This document shows positions 60,030-64,000 of a stretch of 64,000 nucleotides of DNA, in pieces; position 1 is the first letter of the stretch, and every line of letters begins with the position of its first letter. A program made the position numbers and the translations under genes. Under the pieces are notes generated by a model that had not been told where the DNA came from, did not search any database, and saw only the letters and a list, made by a program, of their open reading frames with translations. Origin of the DNA: Candidatus Eiseniibacteriota bacterium (GTDB taxonomy: Bacteria > Eisenbacteria > RBG-16-71-46 > JABDJR01); assembly GCA_963783375.1 (NCBI GenBank), contig CAWANH010000029.1, forward strand, positions 480,001-544,000, given 5' to 3'.

Positions 60030-61052
60030 CTAGAACTGGGTGAGGAACCGGAGGTCGTTCTCGAAGAAGAGGCGAATGTCCGGGATGCCGTGGCGGAGGA
60101 TGGCGATTCGTTCCACCCCCATCCCCGCCGCATAGCCGCTCACCGTCTCGGGGTCGTAGCCCACGTTCCGGAAGACCTGGGGATGCACCATGCCCGCGCC
60201 CAGGATCTCGATCCAACCGGTCTGCTTGCACAGCCGGCAGCCCTTCCCCAGGCAGAGGAAGCAGGTGATGTCCATCTCCGCTCCCGGCTCCACGAACGGG
60301 AAGTAGCTGGGGCGGAACCGCACGTCCAGATGGCCGCCGAAGAGCTCGTGGGCGAAGGTGGTGAGGGTGCCGCGCAGGTCCTTCATGGTGACCCCGCGAT
60401 CCACGTACAGAACCTCCACCTGATGGAACTCCGAGGAGTGGGTGGCGTCGGGGGTCTCGCGGCGGTAGACCCGCCCCGGGAAGACCGCGCGCACCGGCGG
60501 CGGACCGCTCTGCATGACCCGGATCTGCACCGGCGAAGTGTGGGTGCGAAGCACCACGTCGTCGGTCATGAAGAACGTGTCCTGCATGTCCCGGGCCGGG
60601 TGGCCCTTGGGGAGATTCAGGGCCTCGAAGTTGTGATAGTCGTCCTCGACCTCGGGGCCGCGGGCCACCGAGAACCCCATGCCCCGGAAGATGTCGAGGA
60701 TGCGCTCCTCGGTCTGGGTGATGAGATGCGCGTGCCCGATCGCCGGGCGGACCCCGGGGAGGGTGGGATCCTCATCGGGTTCCCCCCCGGCTCCGGCCAG
60801 TTCGCCCTCGCGCCGCGAAAGGGCCGCCTCCACCGCCTGCTTGGCGCTGTTGGCGGCCTGGCCCACCTTTCCCCGTTCGGCCGGAGCCACGTCCTTGAGG
60901 CTCCGCAGCACCGCGATGAGGGGGGATTTCCGGGCGAGGTGCTTGATGCGGGCGGCTTCCAGGGCGGCGGGGTCCGAGGCCCCGGCGATCTCCCGGAGGG
61001 CCTCGTCCCGGATGCGCTGGAGTTCGCCCAGGACCTCGGTGGCTTCGGGCAC
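60030..61052 (-). CDS. pheS: Phenylalanine--tRNA ligase alpha subunit
   Basis: NFEALN..HPARDMQDTF, LRTHTSPVQ, GRVYR, RPSYFPFVEP, GAGMVHP, GMGVER. Confidence 0.97.
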   Translation of the reverse strand: MPEATEVLGELQRIRDEALREIAGASDPAALEAARIKHLARKSPLIAVLRSLKDVAPAERGKVGQAANSAKQAVEAALSRREGELAGAGGEPDEDPTLPGVRPAIGHAHLITQTEERILDIFRGMGFSVARGPEVEDDYHNFEALNLPKGHPARDMQDTFFMTDDVVLRTHTSPVQIRVMQSGPPPVRAVFPGRVYRRETPDATHSSEFHQVEVLYVDRGVTMKDLRGTLTTFAHELFGGHLDVRFRPSYFPFVEPGAEMDITCFLCLGKGCRLCKQTGWIEILGAGMVHPQVFRNVGYDPETVSGYAAGMGVERIAILRHGIPDIRLFFENDLRFLTQF

Positions 61053-61056
61053 GACG

Positions 61057-61419
61057 CTAGGAAGCGGCGGCCGACCCGCGCGCCACCGCGGCGAGTTCCC
61101 TGAACGCGGCGGCGTCCTTCACCGCCAGCTCGGCCAGGACCTTCCGGTCGATGGTCACGTTGGCCCGCTTCAAGCCGCTGATGAAGGCGCTGTAGGACAT
61201 CCCGTTCTCCCGGGCGGCGGCGTTGATCCGCACGATCCACAGGCGGCGGAAATCGCGCTTCTTCCGGCGGCGGTGCTCCCAGGCGAACTGGAGACCGCGC
61301 ATCACGGTTTCGTTGGCGCTCTTGAACAGCCGGGAACGACCGCCGACGGCCCCCTTGGCTTCGGATAGGACTTTCTTCCGCCGGGCGCGACCCGGCACAA
61401 CTCCACGTGCGCGTGGCAT
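61057..61419 (-). CDS. rplT: 50S ribosomal protein L20
   Basis: RRRKKRDFRRLWIVRINAA, SYS.FI.GL, DRKVLAELA. Confidence 0.97.
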   Translation of the reverse strand: MPRARGVVPGRARRKKVLSEAKGAVGGRSRLFKSANETVMRGLQFAWEHRRRKKRDFRRLWIVRINAAARENGMSYSAFISGLKRANVTIDRKVLAELAVKDAAAFRELAAVARGSAAAS

Positions 61420-61521
61420 CTCGTTTACCTCCTGCCCGGTATCCGGCCGAAGGAGCGACCGCCGGTGGCGGGCCGCCGGCGACCCCGGAGGGCGCCTTCT
61501 CGGCAGGTACGGTGTACGGGG

Positions 61522-61719
61522 CTAGCCGTTCGGCAACATCCGTTTGACGCGATCCTGGTCGGCGGGCGACACGGTGGTGGCCTGACGCAGGTTGCGCTTC
61601 CGCTTGGTGTCTTTCTTCGTGAGAATGTGCGAGTGGTACGCCTTGCCGCGCTTCACCCGCCCGCTGGCGGTGAGCTTGAAGCGCTTGGCCGCGCCCCGCT
61701 TCGTCTTCATCTTGGGCAT
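61522..61719 (-). CDS. rpmI: 50S ribosomal protein L35
   Basis: [20 protein letters not shown]...HILTKK. Confidence 0.97.
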   Translation of the reverse strand: MPKMKTKRGAAKRFKLTASGRVKRGKAYHSHILTKKDTKRKRNLRQATTVSPADQDRVKRMLPNG

Positions 61720-61753
61720 CTCGACTCCTCGTTCCGGCCTCCCGGATCCCGGT

Positions 61754-62431
61754 CTAGGGGGCGGCATCCGTCGGCTGAGCGCCGGCCGGGTCCGCCTCCT
61801 CGGGCTTATCCGCCTTTGCGGCCGTTTCGACCTGTTCGGGCTTCGCGGCTTTTGCGGACTTTTCGGTCTTTTCGGGCTTCTCCGCGTCCTCGGGCTTTTC
61901 GGGCTTGAGGCGGTCCTTGCGGGGCATCATGTACATGGTCATGGTGTAGCCCTCCATGCGGGGAGGGTTCTCCACCTGAGCGATGTCGGCCAGCGCTTCC
62001 GCCGCCTGGTCCAGAAGCACCCGGCCCAGCTCCGCGTGGGCCATTTCCCGGCCCCGGAACATCACCGTGAACTTGACCTTGTTCTTCCCCTCCAGGAAGT
62101 CCCGCGCGTGGTTGACCTTGAAGTCGAAGTCGTGGTCGTCGATCTTCGGGCGGAACTTCACTTCCTTGACCTGGATCCGGTGCTGGACTTTCTTCGCCTT
62201 GGCTGCTCGTTTGCTGAGCTCGTACTTGTACTTGCCGAAGTCCATGATCCGGCAGACCGGCGGCGACGCGTTGGGAGAGACCTCGACCAGATCCATCCCC
62301 TTCTCCCGCGCGAGCTTGAGCGCCTCGTACGAGGACATGACGCCGACCTGGCCTCCCTCCTCGTCCACCACCCGAACCTGGGGGATCCGGATGCGTTCGT
62401 TGACCCGCACGCTTTCTTCTTTCTTGGCTAT
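61754..62431 (-). CDS. infC: Translation initiation factor IF-3 (non-canonical ATA start)
   Basis: [44 protein letters not shown]. In-frame ATA at 62431 lies 7 nt after SD GGAGGT. Confidence 0.92.
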   Translation of the reverse strand: MAKKEESVRVNERIRIPQVRVVDEEGGQVGVMSSYEALKLAREKGMDLVEVSPNASPPVCRIMDFGKYKYELSKRAAKAKKVQHRIQVKEVKFRPKIDDHDFDFKVNHARDFLEGKNKVKFTVMFRGREMAHAELGRVLLDQAAEALADIAQVENPPRMEGYTMTMYMMPRKDRLKPEKPEDAEKPEKTEKSAKAAKPEQVETAAKADKPEEADPAGAQPTDAAP

Positions 62432-62544
62432 TCCCGTAACCTCCTGTTTCGGCTCCCCGGGGACCCCGGCGCCTCACGGCGAGGGCGCTTCCCGAGAGAG
62501 TTCATGATTCCTGCGGGCCGGGGTTTCCGGTCCGTCCTCCGCAC

Positions 62545-62745
62545 CCAAAGGAAAAGCGGAGCGCGCCTGGTGGCGTCCGCTCCGCTCGTGCCGTCCAACG
62601 TCGGCCTCTCCGCGCCGGAGAGAACCTCCCCGTTCCGCGGGACCGTGGTCGGCCAGAAGCGCCCCCTGAGGGGAACCCGGCGAGCAGGCGGTCCGGAGGC
62701 GCCGGACCCGCTGCGGGTGAGAAGCAAACGCCTCTACTTGCGCAA
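62545..62745 (-). promoter_or_regulatory. Putative L20 leader-like structured RNA with attenuator hairpin upstream of infC-rpmI-rplT
   Basis: AGTAGAGGCGTTTGCTTCTCACC recalls the L20 leader 5' motif. A later hairpin GCGGAGCG...CGCTCCGC is followed by TTTTCCTTT. Confidence 0.5.
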
Positions 62746-62755
62746 GCCCTATATC

Positions 62756-64000
62756 CTATTGGCGGGCCTTGATCTCGGCAAGGACTTTTTGGAGGAACAC
62801 CCCCCGGTCCAGGGCTCCCAGGTCCCCCTCCCCGTGCCGGCGGACGGACACCGTCCCCGCTTCGGCATCCCGGCGGCCCACCACCAGCATGTAGGGGACC
62901 TTGAGGAGCTCGGCATCCCGGATCTTGGGGCCGATCTTCTCGTTACGCTCGTCGACCTCCACCCGCACCCCGGCTTCGGCCAGCTCCTCCCGCACCGATT
63001 CGGCGTACTCGAGGTTCTGCCGGCTGATCGGGAGCACCTTGACCTGGGTGGGGGCCAGCCAGACCGGGAAGTCCCCGGCGTAGTGCTCGATGAGGACCCC
63101 GAAGAACCGCTCGATCGACCCCAGCAAGGCCCGGTGGATCATGTAGGGGCGGTGCTTCTCCCCGTCGTCCCCGATGTAGGTCATGTCGAACCGCTCGGGC
63201 TCGTTGAAATCGAACTGGATGGTGCTGCACTGCCAGGACCGGCCGATGGCGTCCTGGATCTTGATGTCGATCTTGGGGCCGTAGAAGGCTCCCCCCCCCT
63301 CGTCCAGATCGAAGGGGAGGCCGGTGGCCGTCAGGGCCTTCCGGAGGGAGGCCTCGGCCGCCTCCCAGCGCGCGGGCTCCCCCACCGCCTTCTCCGGACG
63401 GGTGGAGAGGTAGAGATCGAACTCGGTGAAGCCGAAAGCCCGGAGCATGTCCAGGCAGAATCGCAGCACCCGGTCGATCTCCTCATCCATCTGATCCGGT
63501 CGGACGAAGAGGTGGGCGTCGTCCTGGGTGAAGCCCCGCACCCGCATGAGGCCGTGGAGCACACCCGGCATCTCGTAGCGGTAGACCGTTCCCAGCTCCG
63601 CCCAGCGCATGGGGAACTCCCGGTAGGAGTGGAGCGAGTTCTGGTACATCTTGATGTGGAACGGGCAGTTCATCGGCTTGACGTAGAACTCCTGCTCGTC
63701 CATCTCCATGGGCGGGTACATGAACTCCCGGTAGAAGCCCAGGTGTCCCGAGACCTCCCACAGGCTCGAGCGGCCTACGTGAGGGGAGTAGACGATCTCG
63801 TAGCCGTTCCGGACGTGCTGCTCCCGCCAGTAGTCCTCGATCACCATGCGGACGCGCCCGCCGCGGGGATGCCAGAACACCAGGCCGCCCCCCACATCCT
63901 CGTGGAGGGAGAACAGGTCCAGTTCCTTCCCCAGCCGCCGGTGGTCACGCTTCTTGGCCTCCTCCAGGCGATGGAGATAGGCCTCGAGCTGCTCCTTGGT
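62756..64000 (-). CDS. thrS: Threonine--tRNA ligase (5' part beyond the window)
   Basis: KPMNCP.H, GLMRVRGFTQDDAH, GAFYGPKID, MIHRALLGSIERF. The frame stays open to the window edge. Confidence 0.97.
   Translation of the reverse strand, partial: TKEQLEAYLHRLEEAKKRDHRRLGKELDLFSLHEDVGGGLVFWHPRGGRVRMVIEDYWREQHVRNGYEIVYSPHVGRSSLWEVSGHLGFYREFMYPPMEMDEQEFYVKPMNCPFHIKMYQNSLHSYREFPMRWAELGTVYRYEMPGVLHGLMRVRGFTQDDAHLFVRPDQMDEEIDRVLRFCLDMLRAFGFTEFDLYLSTRPEKAVGEPARWEAAEASLRKALTATGLPFDLDEGGGAFYGPKIDIKIQDAIGRSWQCSTIQFDFNEPERFDMTYIGDDGEKHRPYMIHRALLGSIERFFGVLIEHYAGDFPVWLAPTQVKVLPISRQNLEYAESVREELAEAGVRVEVDERNEKIGPKIRDAELLKVPYMLVVGRRDAEAGTVSVRRHGEGDLGALDRGVFLQKVLAEIKARQ

Noticed and set aside
61760-61915. Short tandem-like repeats at the infC 3' end
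   Set aside because: They encode a low-complexity KPEK/AEK tail of IF3; not a CRISPR array or DNA repeat element.

Overview
High-GC (visibly ~70%) bacterial chromosomal window, almost all housekeeping genes. No phage, integrative element, CRISPR array or rRNA is visible. LptE, an outer-membrane beta-barrel and two exported enzymes with FlgD-Ig/T9SS-like C-terminal domains suggest an FCB-related diderm lineage such as Eisenbacteria, Krumholzibacteriota or Latescibacterota (inference). The window appears to span the replication terminus: a 28-bp dif site lies at 18438-18465, xerC and xerD are both within 17 kb of it, and gene orientation flips from mostly + to mostly - nearby. Core content: secA end, cnoX, PPIase, argF, dapA, rpsT, uvrC, leuS, holA, lptE, trpGDC, recN, nadK, ispA, xseAB, folD, ymdB, 6S RNA, zapA, pheT/pheS, rplT, rpmI, infC, thrS and tRNA-Arg(CCG). 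Best leads: (1) a translationally coupled prenol kinase + farnesol-dehydrogenase-like SDR + DUF92 operon resembling the plant farnesal/farnesol/phytol salvage route; (2) a SNF2 ATPase with an N-terminal PcrA/UvrD-type Tudor domain plus a YqhG-like partner downstream of uvrC-xerD; (3) an exported M3-like peptidase homolog lacking its zinc ligands; (4) a sensor kinase broken twice at G homopolymers; (5) pheS and pheT separated by a glycosylation gene pair, with a near-consensus sigma70 promoter inside pheT. All family assignments come from motif recognition by eye; no database searches were run.
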